Assembly (NCBI GenBank): GCA_051294905.1
Contig: CM119371.1
Span: 6,822,001-6,886,000, forward strand
DNA from: Botryllus schlosseri
Lineage: Eukaryota
Reading direction: 5' to 3'
Length of the DNA: 64,000 nt
In this document: positions 49,950 through 63,720 of the stretch, in pieces
Numbering within the stretch: the stretch's first letter is position 1
Layout: every line of letters starts with the position of its first letter
The notes under the pieces: model-generated
Database searches by the model: none
Seen by the model: the letters and a program-made list of their open reading frames with translations, nothing else
Told to the model about the DNA's origin: nothing
Translations under genes and position numbers: made by a program

Positions 49950-50384
49950 CAGGGGCGGGCAACATGAGGCCCGCGGACAGCTTCCGATCGTGTACGATAA
50001 TGTGGCCATCGTCTACATTCACTCGCGAGCCATCGTTTTCGACCATGAACATTAGCCAACAAGACAAAGCCTCGTTCCAATCAACCTTATGTTTACGTGC
50101 AGTATCTACAGAGGGTTGGTACGTCCAACATGCAGCCAGATAGTTCAACGAACTTTCTCGGCCACGGATTAATTTTAACAGCTACTGAATTACATTACGT
50201 TACTGAATTCATTGACTACCGTTTTTGGTCTCCATGCTTTACTCTCAAAGTTTATATTATGTACGATTTGTTCCTTGTATGGATGGATAAAGACGCGATT
50301 GATGTATCGATTCAGCAATCCGGCCCGCCAAGTACTTCATTTTTCCATATCCGGTCCGCCGAACGGAGAAGTTGCCCGCCCCCG
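49950..50384 (+). mobile_element. hAT Buster-type MITE (paralog of 19295-22236)
   Basis: CAGGGGCGGGCAAC / GTTGCCCGCCCCCG. Confidence 0.8.
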
Positions 50385-51937
50385 TTCTAAATGTTCACCG
50401 CATAATAATCAGGTTGACAACTTGCTAGATTCCCAAATTCATGCTTTCAACACATTTTATTTTTTACAAACAGTAGACAAGTAAGAAACCCCATAATACG
50501 TGATTCATTTCGCAGGAAATTATAAGAGTTTATTCTTACGCAGTTGTAAGCAACAGATAGAACGAAGACAGGGAGACATTGAATTTCAAGCTTAACCTGA
50601 ACACAGTCGTGTCTTAGAATATGCAACCTAAATTGCGGTTTCCTTAAGTCAAGAAAGAGATCGTGTTTCGGCTTCGGGAATAGGGAGGGTTAACATATCT
50701 GCACGTGTAGTGGTTCTTGTCCTTTTTCGTAGCCATGGCCCAATTTCCATTTTGCAAATATGCCATGACCCACCACTAGGCCTCAGTCTCCTGTTAAGCC
50801 ACTGCAATACGGCAGGTTTAGGCCTAGCAGTATCGCAAGCTTGGCACAGTCATTCAGTAGCCTTTACAGGAAGCCAAAATTAGAGGGGAACATTTCCCAA
50901 ATTAGATTAGAATTAGAGCAAAGAAACATTTCACAAATTAGATTAGAGTCAGATTACCGGCATTTTCCTCGAATTAGGCAAAATCAGACAATTGAAATTA
51001 TCCAATTGTCCAAGCCTGTCTGGACCGTATCTGCCTTTTTGGGTCGAATGTTTGATTTGGGGTTCCAACTTAAATTGTTAATTGGGGCCTGCAGTGCGCT
51101 TCGCCCTGTCACTAGGTGTCGACAAAGTGAAGGAGGGGGCTTTTCGCAATGAGTTCTCCCTCAACAAATTCGAAATTTTGTCGGTGTCTGATTCCGTCGT
51201 CGTGGCAACCAGGGAGGGGTCTGAATTTTACGAATTCTTCGTTCGATTGAGCCGTCACATCCTTACTCGCTTTGGAACGTCGCGCAGGACTGGGCCAATT
51301 GACGTCCTCCTCGCTCTGCAAAAATAATAGAGGGTCAGTCAATACTAACATTGGGATCCCGGGATTTCAAGGTATATTTCTGATAGCGATTCCGAGATCA
51401 ACTGTATTGAAATCCCGGGATTTTAAAACGCATCTACGAGACCTAAGACTACTTCCACTGACAGAGATGTCGAATGACCTCCAACCCCGACCTTCACCCA
51501 CATTCGTCACCTACCTTTTTGCATCGGGATCGACAGACTTTTCTTGTAGGCATCAGAACCAATGGTGCGTCTTGGGAAACTTTCTTGTGGATCACCCCAG
51601 GCCAGTGGGCCGGGCTTTTATCAATTGGGCGGTGTGCCGGAAATCCTTCCGAAGCAAGGGTGACACTGGATTTAATAGGTGTCAGTTTTTTGGGCAACGT
51701 GAAGCAAATGGCGACACTGACTCGATTGCAATCATAATTGTAAATACACAGCTTCTGGTAAATTACATACATATAAGTAGAAGTTTTGGAAAAATTAGAT
51801 TACAATTACTGAATTTACGAAAACTTGCACATTGAATGAAATTCAGTTCATATTAAATCACAGAGTTCCTCTCATGAGCATGAGAATGGCAAATGCCTGT
51901 TTCTTGGCTCGATTCAAGCGATACAGTTCTCCTATAT

Positions 51938-52794
51938 CAGGGGCGGGCCACTAACGGCCCGTGACGGGATTTTGAGCGGCCCGCAGACAGATTCTGGCCA
52001 GTAAGAAAAATTTCAACCTGAAACATAGACAATTTTCTTCCGTCACTAAATGAATCCAAATTTGCCAACATGAGAAAGATGGCCTCGAAACTACTTATTC
52101 TGTTCGGGTATAATAAATTAATTCGAGAGCGAATATTTTCGATCATGAACATTACCAAGACAGAGCTGCGTCCCAATCTAACTGATATTTATGTGCAGTC
52201 TTTGCTAAGGGTTTCTACGTACGACATGGAGCCAGAGTTAAAAGAACCGGTTGCCTACTTTTATCGACCACAAATGTCTCATTGACTGCAACAGCTATTG
52301 AAGTACATTATGCGTTAGTAAATTCATTATACTGTTTCGGTCAGAATATATGCTTCAAACTTAAAGCTTACATTACATACGATTTTGTCCTTGCATAGGT
52401 GGTATTGCGGAACGGATAGACAAATTCTCTGGTCCGACTCTGATCCGGCTCCTGCCATATCAGGGAGAATACTGATCCGGCTCAAATGGGGCTCCAGCCA
52501 AAAATGAAAAAGTCCAGTCAGATATACAATCCGGCTCCGGTCCATGCTCCGCCCTACACGGCACGGTGGTTCCGTGAATTTATAAATATGACTCGTTTAT
52601 TTTCGCACTGGCTTGGCGCCTACTTGCGTGCAGTTGGTTGGGAGCTATTTAGTAACAAAAGTCACGTTACTAACTACTGATCCGGCTTCGATCCGGCTGA
52701 AATTGAAAGAATCAGGATGAATATCCAATCCGTCCCCCTGACTACTTCATTTTCCCATATCCGGCCCGCCGACTGGAGAAGTTGCCCGCCCCTG
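51938..52794 (+). mobile_element. hAT Buster-type deletion derivative with a transposase C-terminal remnant and a nested GATCCGGCT-rich element
   Basis: TIR CAGGGGCGGGC / GCCCGCCCCTG and TSD TCCTATAT. Remnant ..IFSIMNITKTELRPNLTD..LLRVST. The paralogous site near 2400 is empty. Confidence 0.88.
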
Positions 52795-55700
52795 TCCTAT
52801 ATCCTTTTCAGGAAAGCCAGAAAATAGATACCATATAAAATTAGAGCATAGAAATATTTCACAAATCAGATAAGAATTTCACAACTAGAATTATCTAGTC
52901 GTCCAAGTCTGCACAGTGGTGGTCACCAACAAAGTACTTGTACTTTTTCCAAGTAATCGAATAGTTCCCTACTACTGGTAGCACCTACCAGAGTAAGTAA
53001 AATTTTCGCTACTCTTAATTGTACTCTGTCATATTTCGTAACTTGACTATTTTTCATTATTTCCAGTTTGTCAAGAGGAATTGTTATGTCCTTCTGATAA
53101 GAGAGATAGAGTGACCAAGACGGAGAAATTCAGGGGATGCTGTTGCGGTTAGCCTGTACTTTTTGTCGTGCTTTGCGCGAATATATAGAGTGACCAATAT
53201 CTTTCTACTAAAGCAGGGGTGGCCAACAGCCAGAAGGCCACATGCGCTATACGAGCCTTTGCTGGAATGTTGATGATCTTTTTAGTCGTCCGATAAGAGT
53301 GAACCGGACTAGGTAACGGGGAAAACAATAACTATTATTTCATGAAAGCTCCTAGCCACGCTAGGGGAGAAAAATTCCGAAGTTATTGAATGAATTCGGT
53401 CAATAATTCTGTACCTTGCATACATTGCGGGAAATCGAGTGAAAATCAATCACGCGAAATGCTGAGAAAAATTTGAAGTCAAATAAATCTGCCTTTATAT
53501 ATTCTACTTACTGTTCATATACAAAGATCTACGAAAATTGTGACTGGCCCGCGGCTTATACGCCTACACGTCGTAACTGACATCTTAGTCATCGACATCC
53601 TAAAGTTTGAGCTCAGGCTAATCAAATTATTGGTTTGCCTTTGCAAGTTCATAATAAATTACCTGGGTAATTCATTTTTTATATTATTACCAATTTCGAG
53701 AATTACCGGGCCATGGGCTGGCTGCCCCCAGGGTTGTCATGACTCAAGTCACGATTTTCTGACGACTCGACTTGACTCGAGTCAATTGCGCATGACTCGA
53801 ACCAAGTCATATGACTCGGGACTCAGACGGCCAAGACAGACATTCCATTGTAATTTCGAAGAATAGTAAAGTCACCACACTATTGGGATTACGTATATTG
53901 GTGCTGGTACTTGAAAATGCGACCAGAAACTACTAAAAGTGAGGAAAATTAGTATATCATAAATGCTAACCATTTGATATCACCAAATAGAGTTATATAA
54001 AGTGTGTGTTAGCAAGACTTTCACTGGAAACTGAGCAGTCAACACAATGACTTGGACTCGGACTCGAGTCATAATAGTGTGACTCAGACTCGACCCTCTG
54101 CTCGTTGACTTGGACTTGACTCGGTGGTTGTGGCTTCTGCATCTAATTTTAAGCCCAAAACCAGCTTCTAGTGTAAGCGGTTATCAATATGTAGCGAAAT
54201 TAGCCAATTTTGGCTCGTTCGGTGAAATTGCACAACCACTAGACTAGAGGGTGAACGAGCCCAAAATTACTATTGAAATTATTTTTTTGATCTTTGGCAC
54301 CACAGAGCAAGTATCCGTTTTGAAATTCAAAATTTTCCATTTTCACTCCACCCTAATATAGGAGTTTCGTGACAGTAAACAGGCCTAAAATTCAGCAAAA
54401 TGTTTGGAATCATACAACCTGCCGTACAGTATTTCAGTTTCCTTCCTAATAGCGCAAAACATCAAGGTAGTGTCCGGGCTGAACTTATCCACATCGGTCA
54501 TTGTCTTGTTAACTACAGGCATTGTAATATGACTTAGGGCATCATACCATCACATTTTCTGAAAGTAGGCACTGGCGTGAAAAAGAGGTCAAGAGCCACT
54601 GTTCTTATGCAATGGCGTCATTTGTAGGCTATCACATGATACATTTGAATCCTGACGCAGTCAAAATAGATGTATCTCCTGGGATGTAGCAACACAAATC
54701 CAGCTCTCTGCACCGTCCGCATAAGTCAGTTTCCAGGTTACGAGAGTGTATTTATGACTGATTTTCAAATCTACGTACGTAATTCTGTTGTTTTCAAATA
54801 CAGCAAATTCTACTTCTACCTTAAATTAGCTACTTTTGGAACAGCAACACTATTACTCATACTTGAATGAAATATGCATCGCTACTTCTACTTGAGCAGC
54901 CTTCTTGACTACTTTGGCAGCTTCTGATCCTGCATGCGGAATAGGATTGTTCAGAAATAACTCTCAAATTCCGGGGATTCACTGGTTAAATTGCAAGGTT
55001 GCCTAAAAAAGAGGCTGCACAACAAATTCGGCTCAATTCTAACAAGCCAAAGCCGCTAAAGAGCGAATAGAAGTTTTCGAATTGATTTAAAAAAAATTCT
55101 ACTGTCAACCCAAGGAAATTGATTTGCCTAAAAGAATGATGCATAGCATTTTTGCTCACTTCCAGCCGGTAGAAGCGAATTTATTGCAATTGAAAGTTTT
55201 GGATTTGCAAAAATAGCATTGATGGTGGGTAATCTCAGAATTATTGATAAACAACTTAAATAACTTAGCTTCTACTGGTAGGAATTGCGCCAAATTTTGT
55301 GTGCAGCATTTTTTTACGCAGCCTAACATTTCAATCAGTGAATCTCCGTCCCCGGCATACGGAAAAAGATTATTTTAGGATAACCCTAAAGCATGCAATC
55401 GCGGATAGGTATTTTTAGTGACTATTTCGCGACAACTAAACGATTTCACCCCCTCCTAATTTACTGGAAATCAAATAGCCATATTTGGTGCATGAATTCT
55501 TTGTCCGCTCAGAATGAGCTGGATGTAGGAGTCTGTAGGGTGTAAATATACGGTGCGCTGATGTTAAGGAATATAACATGATGATAAGAAAATCCATGGG
55601 ATTCCACTTGATTCATTAACAATGAAATCGTCTACATTGTGGACAGAATGTTTGGTATGTATTTCTACATTGTCACCAATTCTGGATATGTTACAAAATT

Positions 55701-57228
55701 ACACAGAAACTCACCTGTCGCCATCATTCCTGGAAATCCTAATGTCGGAATCTTGTCTTTTAACCGGTGACAAAGCCTGAAAGAAAATCTCATAATTACA
55801 CAGTCGAAAAAATAGATTTGAACAGTAAAATTAAACAGCGGTTCCACCAGCCACCTCGAACTGCATAGAGCACAAAAATGCTTTCATTTAGTTTAGAAAA
55901 TATAATGTTGTCCAGAGGGAAGCGGTTCATTTTGGTTTATTCATTCCATCTTTACGACATTACAGAAACGTCGCAGTGCATGTTTTTACAATTTAGGTAG
56001 ATTTGGTTGTTCATTAAACTCTGGCCTGTGCCCAATGTCACATCAAAGGTGTAATCAAGTACCGCTGTACCGGTATCTCATAAAAGAGTTTAAAGACGAT
56101 TGCCTCTAATGAACATAGAGGCATGCATGGATGCTTGCTTCTCAACGGGATTTCAAGAACATGCAGCACAGTTATTAGCCATACCTCGATTATTCTACTA
56201 GCAGTCATGCATGGTTCAATCACTTCCTGTAAAACGTGTTAGTAGCTTCAGCGTGGGAGCAGTGTGCAGCTTAAAAGCCTGTATGTTGCGTGAAGCTTGC
56301 AGTTTTTCTGAAGTGCGCCCTTCCTTGACCACCAGTTTAGTGTTTTTGTCATAAGACCAACTCTAATTAATACCCTTAATCTCGGCAACATGCTCAGCAA
56401 AAACCAAAAGGACGAGTTTACCCCTGGATCGGGTATACAAATATTTAGCGCTCTAGTCTAAGCCTAAACCTTTTTCGGATTTTTTCTGGCATGTCCGTTA
56501 ATAATTTATGGGTGATAGATATGATGAGTCATATAGTAATCGCAAGCACTGATTGACTTGTTTTACAAATTGGGGATTTGGAAACGTATCACGTATCAAT
56601 TTGAAACACATGCCGTATAATGCGTAATGTGACATTGTCACAGTGACAATGAAGAAGGTTTGAACTAAACTATATGGAAAGAGTAACTTCTTGCGACTTT
56701 AACTGCTACAAATACTTTTCCACATTGCCTCTATTTTGAATATGGATAACGCATGCGAGGTGCGTAGGCAATGTAATCGTGGCATATTAATGCACAGGCT
56801 TCAAAGTAAACCAATTTCCTGTTCATTTGATACATCCTACAATTTTAGTCCTTCAAAAAGCAAGTTTTATATTTTGAATTCCAAGCAACCTGTCGCGGTC
56901 CGCATTTTGCCTGCACTTTTCCCAGATCTGTTCTATAGCATTGATGGCAAATAATCGAATCCGAAATTATTGTTTTGTAAATGAATAAATTAAGAATTAC
57001 TCACTTTTATTACTCACTATTAAACGATACTATTAAACGATATGTTATCCGATATGATATTCTGATTGCAATCCACTATAACAAAATGAAGAGTGGTTAG
57101 TAAAAGTAAAATCAATGAATCTATATACACCAGCGGTTCTCAACCGCCGGTCCGCCAGGTATATGACAACTGTATAAAGTATTTTTAAAATTTCATTCAA
57201 TTTTATTAAATGCGATTTGGCGTCACTA

Positions 57229-58093
57229 CCGTAATTTTCCAAGTATAGTACGCCCCCATGTATAATACGCACCCCTAAAATAGCATGTAAATTCTGGGAA
57301 AAAGCCTGTACCCATGTATAATACGCACCCCTAAAATAGCATGTAAATTCTGGGAAAAAGCCTGTACCCTACCCATGTATAGTACGCACCCTGCATTTCA
57401 GTACATGAATAGTTCCGATTTCGTATACGATGTCATTCTGTTTTGCGATGTCACTCGTGAACGATCATTACACGACGACCGCTAATCATTATACAATTAG
57501 CGGGATTGTCTTTAAACGATAGTAGATACCAGCCAAAGCCTGCGAGGCCGGCGGCGAGTTAGTTTAGGCCAACGAACCGACATCTTGCGCACGATGCCTA
57601 TAGATGCGATTGCGCCTATAGGCTAACGGTTATGCCTATGTCATGCGCAACAGGTCTGTTGGAGATGCGACTGATTACGCAAGCGATTATATCTTGCGCA
57701 CATGGCCTCTTGTGTATGTATAAATTGCGTATGCGATTGTTCGGGCCTGTCGTTGACGCGATGAATTGGCGAGAATCGCCACGCCACGCACAAGTGTCTA
57801 TTAGTGACCTAATTTCGCTGCGTACAAACGCCAAACCAACTCAGCAGGAGATCGCGTGATTTTGCACACGACTCTCGTTAATTGGATACAACACTTCCAG
57901 CTAATTACTACGCGCGATGGCTGAAAGTGATGCGCGATTGGAAACAAACATGAAGAATGAAGATAGGTGTGATTTCAAGTTTTTTATCGAGGGAGATTTT
58001 TTCAAGCGTGTTGTTCCCATGTATAATACGCACCCCCCGATTTAAGGGCAAAAAATCGTGAAAATTTTGCGCGTTATACATGGAAAATTACGG
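57229..58093. mobile_element. pogo/Tc2-like MITE
   Basis: TA|CCGTAATTTTCCA ... TGGAAAATTACGG|TA, with an internal tandem duplication of about 56 bp at about 57257-57368. It lies just inside a hAT end that starts at 57131. Confidence 0.85.
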
Positions 58094-58513
58094 TAATTGT
58101 CTTGATTATTGGGTGCCCTTCCACCAAGAAATATCCATGACATATTGCAATAGGCATTCTGGTTTCAATCATTACCGAGCCACGACGCACCATCCCATAA
58201 TGAAGTTTAGGCTAACATAGGACTCTGAAAAGAGTTCCGAAAATTCGGCAGCGAGAAAACCTTGGCTGAAAAGGATTAGCCTTTGTTGACCGAAAACATC
58301 GATATATATATATATTGTCCATATGTGCTTAAACGGCTGTCACCGAATCTCACTGTCCTGGCCATCTGTACCTCACAGGACAGATGCCATCCCACAGAGA
58401 ATAAAATTGTTTGCCAGCGAGCAAACACCACTTTGGAATCGTGTGCATCTTCTCACCCTGCTCTACTGGAAAATCGGATAATTCTGAGATAATAAAAAAT
58501 TTATATCAATATG

Positions 58514-59678
58514 CATAGGCGCCGAACCTGGGCATGCAAGGCATGCCAGGCATGCCTAGACATTTTTTTAGGCATGCGGCATGCCTAGAATTCGGTTTGG
58601 CATGAATCGGCATAAACCCCGATTGTGTTATTTAGAACGAATCGTTATGTATTTCCGTTTACGACATTACCTGCTACCGCTTATATGTGAGTGAGGTAAC
58701 CCGTTGCGCGCGGCCAATTAGCTACAAGCGCGTTGCCAATTAACGAGATTTGTCTGTGCACAATGTAACGCGACGCGATCTTGCGCTGAGATGATCGCGA
58801 AATTGTGTCATTGATTGCCGTGCGCTCGGCAATCATCGTTTGGGACGCTTGCCTGCTTTATCGCGTCTCCGACAAGCCTAGTTTCACTTGCTTGAGCATG
58901 AAATCACATCAGCAGTAGGCCCGGTGCCATCGCTGCCTGCACTATCGCATCTGCATTGGCGCGCACGATATTATCGCTTGCCTACACAATCGCATCTGCA
59001 ACAGGCCTGGTACGAAAGATATCATCGCTGGCCAACTATCACGTCTATAGCCGAGCATGCGTTGGCTCCCATCTCTCGAGCCTACCATGCGTTAGTTCCA
59101 ATCACTCGATGGCTTGGTGACAATGCCGTTAGGTGTTTGTTGGTTAGCGATTGTAATTAAAGAGCGACATCGCTGACCTGAATAACATCGAATGTCCGCA
59201 GACAGGTGCGATTGTGAGTGCGCCGTGCATGCGTAAGTGAATTCCGCTAATACCTAAACATAACCATCAGAAGATGTGTGTCAACTGTCAAGGCTTGAGT
59301 TGTAAAAGACGAGAAAGGTTTGAACAACCTGAAGTCCGTGCCATTATAGAACAGATTCCATAGCAACTCTGACATTTTGCCTTGCGCAAATCGTCGCCGA
59401 GGTTACGTAATACGCGTTGATAAGTGGCGTATTTAATTGTTCGCTAGCGATCAGGAACTCGCTAATTGACAGCACTTCCGGACTCGTTGACAAGCTTATC
59501 ATACGCGCAAGTTTGTTAACACGAAGATATTGCATAATCGGCATTTATGCAGGCACTTAACTCTCATGAATTGATACTATATTATCCCTAATTATCAATT
59601 CCGTCAGACCATGACGTCATTCCTTTGTGACGTCATCGAACTCGCATGCCTAAGGAAAATTAGCGTTCGGCGCCTATG
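58514..59678. mobile_element. Non-autonomous hAT-like element
   Basis: TIR CATAGGCGCCGAAC / GTTCGGCGCCTATG, perfect 8-bp TSD TCAATATG and subterminal GGCATGC repeats. Confidence 0.9.
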
Positions 59679-60505
59679 TCAATATGTATGCAATTACCAA
59701 CAGTATTGACCAACTCAGTAATGAATTGCCATAAAATATTTTCGCGCTTTGCGCGATTACGCTACATAAACACTCTGCCTACACTGAGTAGAATAAATGC
59801 GCTCACAAGTACTGGGGAAAACACCCATCCAACTGTGGGGAGGCCGTTTTTGGGGTGTGGGCTGACAAAGTGCTTTTTATGCGCTGATTTTATGGATGAT
59901 CAGGTACGGTTTAGGTGTTATCATGCAGGTGTTTTCGTGCCGCATTTTTCATTCGTAGTAGCCAGAGTATCCTACGTTTTGTCGCAGAGAGCAATCGCCA
60001 AGGTGGCACGACAAGGTGCTTAGTTCTATTCCAAAACGCTTCATCTCTCGATATTGTCGAAGAGAAGAATATTATTCGTGTTGACTACGCCAAGAGATTG
60101 TAGTCGGGTGTAAGCTACTTCAAAAACTTATCACATACTCCTAAAGATGCGCCTGCTGAACATGGGTTATTGTAAATTACGACAAATATATCCATCAGAG
60201 GACATAGGAAAGGGAAAGTGTATCTTTTTAAGAACAGTAATATATTTGAAATCGGCAATGAATCACAGTAACATGCTTAATACTTGCTGTGGATTGCTGA
60301 CACCGCCAGTGGGATAACCCTTATCACAATATGTTATTTATAAGTCCCGATTGGTGAAGGCATGAGGGGAAATTGAGATAAGCGATGAATAAGGGGGCAT
60401 TAGCCTTCATAAACTACCCATTTTTTTTGGGGGGGGATTAGGTAAAATCATGCAATAGGCCAGACATATACTATTTCGTTTCAGTTTTACCCACTGCTCT
60501 CATCA

Positions 60506-60607
60506 ACGCTTACCAAGGTTTCATAAACAATAGAGGGTAAAGGCATACAAAAAACTACGCTTACCAAGGTTTCATAAACAATAGAGGGTAAAGGCATACA
60601 AAAAACT
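60506..60607. repeat. 51-bp perfect tandem duplication
   Basis: ACGCTTACCAAGG...AAAAACT occurs twice. Confidence 0.9.
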
Positions 60608-60869
60608 ACATCGTCCAAAGTTACCCCACATGCCGGGATAACTTTGGACACGGATAATTCACAAAAATGAGGTACTTATTTATGACCATGATGATTCTGG
60701 ATTAGTTCATTCTAATCTTTGCTCCATTACTCCTGAAAAACACAAAACTTGCCTCCCCTACACCCTAGCATTTCCAAGATACAAAGTGGAATTGTTGAAA
60801 ATTGTCCAAAGTTACCCCGGTTTACGGTAGTTATTCTTATACTCAGTAACTTTTTCGAGACAGCTAAGA

Positions 60870-63720
60870 GACTTTACCTCCGTCCCAATTTACCGCGGTC
60901 TCAGTGTGCAATTTTTATTGCATGATTTCTTTGTCAGCTCGGAATGAGTAAATGCTGGATGTAAACGTAGGTAGAGTGTAAATATTGGTGTGATCATGTC
61001 ACGGGAGATAGCATAGTGCTATGAATATCCATATCTGGATATGTCACAACTCACCTGAAGTCATCACGATTCCTGAAAAGCTTGATATAGAGGTCTTGTC
61101 TTTTGGCAGGTGACAAAGCCTGAAAGAAAATCTTACAATTACACAGCAATTAAAAATAGACTTGATCACTTTACGTCTTAAATGCAACTTCGATATAAGA
61201 ACAGTAAAAGTAAACATTTGATCACCCAATCATCTTGAACTGTATAGAGCAGAGGTTCTTGAACACCGGCCCGCCAAGTACATTAGAACTTTATGTGCAT
61301 CAATTCCAAAACGCAAGAAAGTAAACCCTTGTTCATTATTGGAGAAATACAACAACAAATGTGAAGTTGATTTGGAAGTTTGTAATGCATATTCTGCATG
61401 ATGTCATAATAGGGAGTTCATGGTCGACTTTGGGCATACATAACAATGGTGCAACTGTTGTACAAAACGGTTTGAAAGTAGCCTACAACTTCTGACAAGT
61501 TACATGTGAAAGCTACTGAGACTTTTAAACAAACTTCCTTGACTTCCGACAGTGCAATTAATCACTTGTCAGTATAATAAAGACGACAGCAAACAGCAAA
61601 GTCGCATTTCTTTTAGAGGATACTGAACACTCACAATCAAGTTACGGGTATGTAACAGGAATTTGCGAGCTTCGACCACGGTCTCTAGTAACGAATACAG
61701 AGGCGTGCATGAATGTCTGTTTCCAAATGAGATTTCAAGGAGAACACGAGACACGGGCAAGGATAGCTAATAGCCATATCTCATTTGTTATAGTAACAGG
61801 CACGTAAGGTTCATTCTGTTCCTACAAACTGGGGTAATAGCTTCAACGTAGCCTCAAATTGAAAACTGATATCATTATGTCAGTAATCAATTGTTAAATA
61901 CTTGGGTAGGTTTGAATAGAATGTCGATTTACATCCTAATTGCGGATTGAAAATACGAAGCCAGATAAAACTTACCTTGAATGAAAATTGGTGATCTTGC
62001 TTGAAAGTTGCAACTTGTTTGACTCTGATTGAAAGAAAATTACTGCCTGTGATGATAAATAAACGATACTTCGTGATAGAAACGATTCAAAATTCGAACT
62101 TTGCAGTCACCAAATGTGTTGAGACTTGTTGTTACAGATTGAAATAAGATCGTTTATCGGATCGCGGTTGAGTTGAGTATAAACACCCCACTATAGCCTT
62201 GATGGCAAATAATCGAATCCGAAATCATTGATTTTGTAAAAAGATAAACTCAGAATTACGGTACTCACTTTTATCTCCCAGGTAGAATTTTCATAAATTG
62301 ATGCATGTCAGATTCCAACTGATTGATAACGGTTGAGATTGTCATGCAAACTTCTTTTATCACCAAATCCATTTCCCATCGGACAACCAGATCATTAAAT
62401 GATACGTTATAAATTATGATCTTCTGATGGCAATTAACTGTAACAAAATGAAGAGTGGTTATGAAAAGTACACTCAATGAATGTATAATTGTATTGTATA
62501 TGCACCACAGGTTGTTCAAGCCTGGCTACTGTACCAGCAAAAGTGGTTGCCTAGCCTATATAACAAGTTGCCGATAGTCGCCTCATATAAACAGAATCGA
62601 AATGGTTTATTTTGAGAATACATACAAATTTGGTATCCTGATCGTGGATAACAAAAAACGAATGATTTTTTAATTAAGGTGTCCCCAAATCCGTCAAAAA
62701 CCATCAAAAGAAAGATTTTATTATGTAGTAAAATATTGTTTATGCAAGATTCTCATAAAAGAAGATGGGCATATGAACTTGTAACCCAGGATTGTAATGA
62801 CTCGAGTCATGACTTGAATCGAGTCCGACTTGAGTCACCATATTTTGGTGACTCGACTTGACCAGAGTCATTTTTTCAAATGCGCAAAATGACTCGACTC
62901 GACCTGTAGGCCTACTCGATGCATTGAGCATGACTCGAACCAAGACATACGACTTGAAACTAGACGGCTAAGACAGACATTTCATTGTAACTTCGAAGAA
63001 TAGTAAAAGTCACCACATGTCTATTAGTTCTGATACTTGCGAAATGGGCCACAAACTGATTGTACCGAGGAAAATTACAATATTATCATTATGAATGCGA
63101 ACCATTCTATTTCACTCGAGCAGAGTTGAAAGAAGTGGGTTGGACCTGGTTGAACACAAAAAACTGAACAGTAAACACAATGACTTTGAAGAGTGAATAG
63201 CTCAAAGCATATAACGCATGCGACTCAACTAGTATTGAAATATTTCTCACTTATTTGAAATTTCCATGCATTGAGTCATTGTATGCTGTGGGGTATTTCA
63301 GGCTGAATTAGCGGAAGTGTGAAACTTGAACCGCCTGCAGTAAGCAATAGGTACGAACTCCTGATATTGGCCGTATAACCATTGTGGCAACAGTTGTAGG
63401 CTACAAGTCGTCATAATCATTGACCATGTCCATATTGAATAGGCCTAAGGAACTAAATATATGATCGGATGCATCGACTAAATCTACCGGCAAGATCATG
63501 CACTGTGGCACAATTAATGGAAGTATATTACCACAAAATTACTGGTTACTATTGCTATTACATTCATCAAATGATACGAATTTACCAAAAAGCAGTTTAC
63601 ACTTATCAAATTACTGCCGCATTGAAATAAAAATGCACAATTTTCAATGCAATAATGATGGATATGGCTTGATGAATTAAAAATATCAAATGTGAGAAAC
63701 TTTATATTCATTCATGTCAA
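60870..63720 (-). pseudogene. Decayed multi-exon gene (unit 4 copy; a further partial copy lies at about 55440-57130)
   Basis: Same exon-like blocks. The lectin-like exon at about 61976-62046 has a GTAAG donor and an in-frame stop. Confidence 0.4.

Noticed and set aside
51272..51835. 187-aa plus-strand ORF
   Set aside because: The frame is broken in the paralogous copy at 1-620, it has a non-ATG start, and I recognised no domain.
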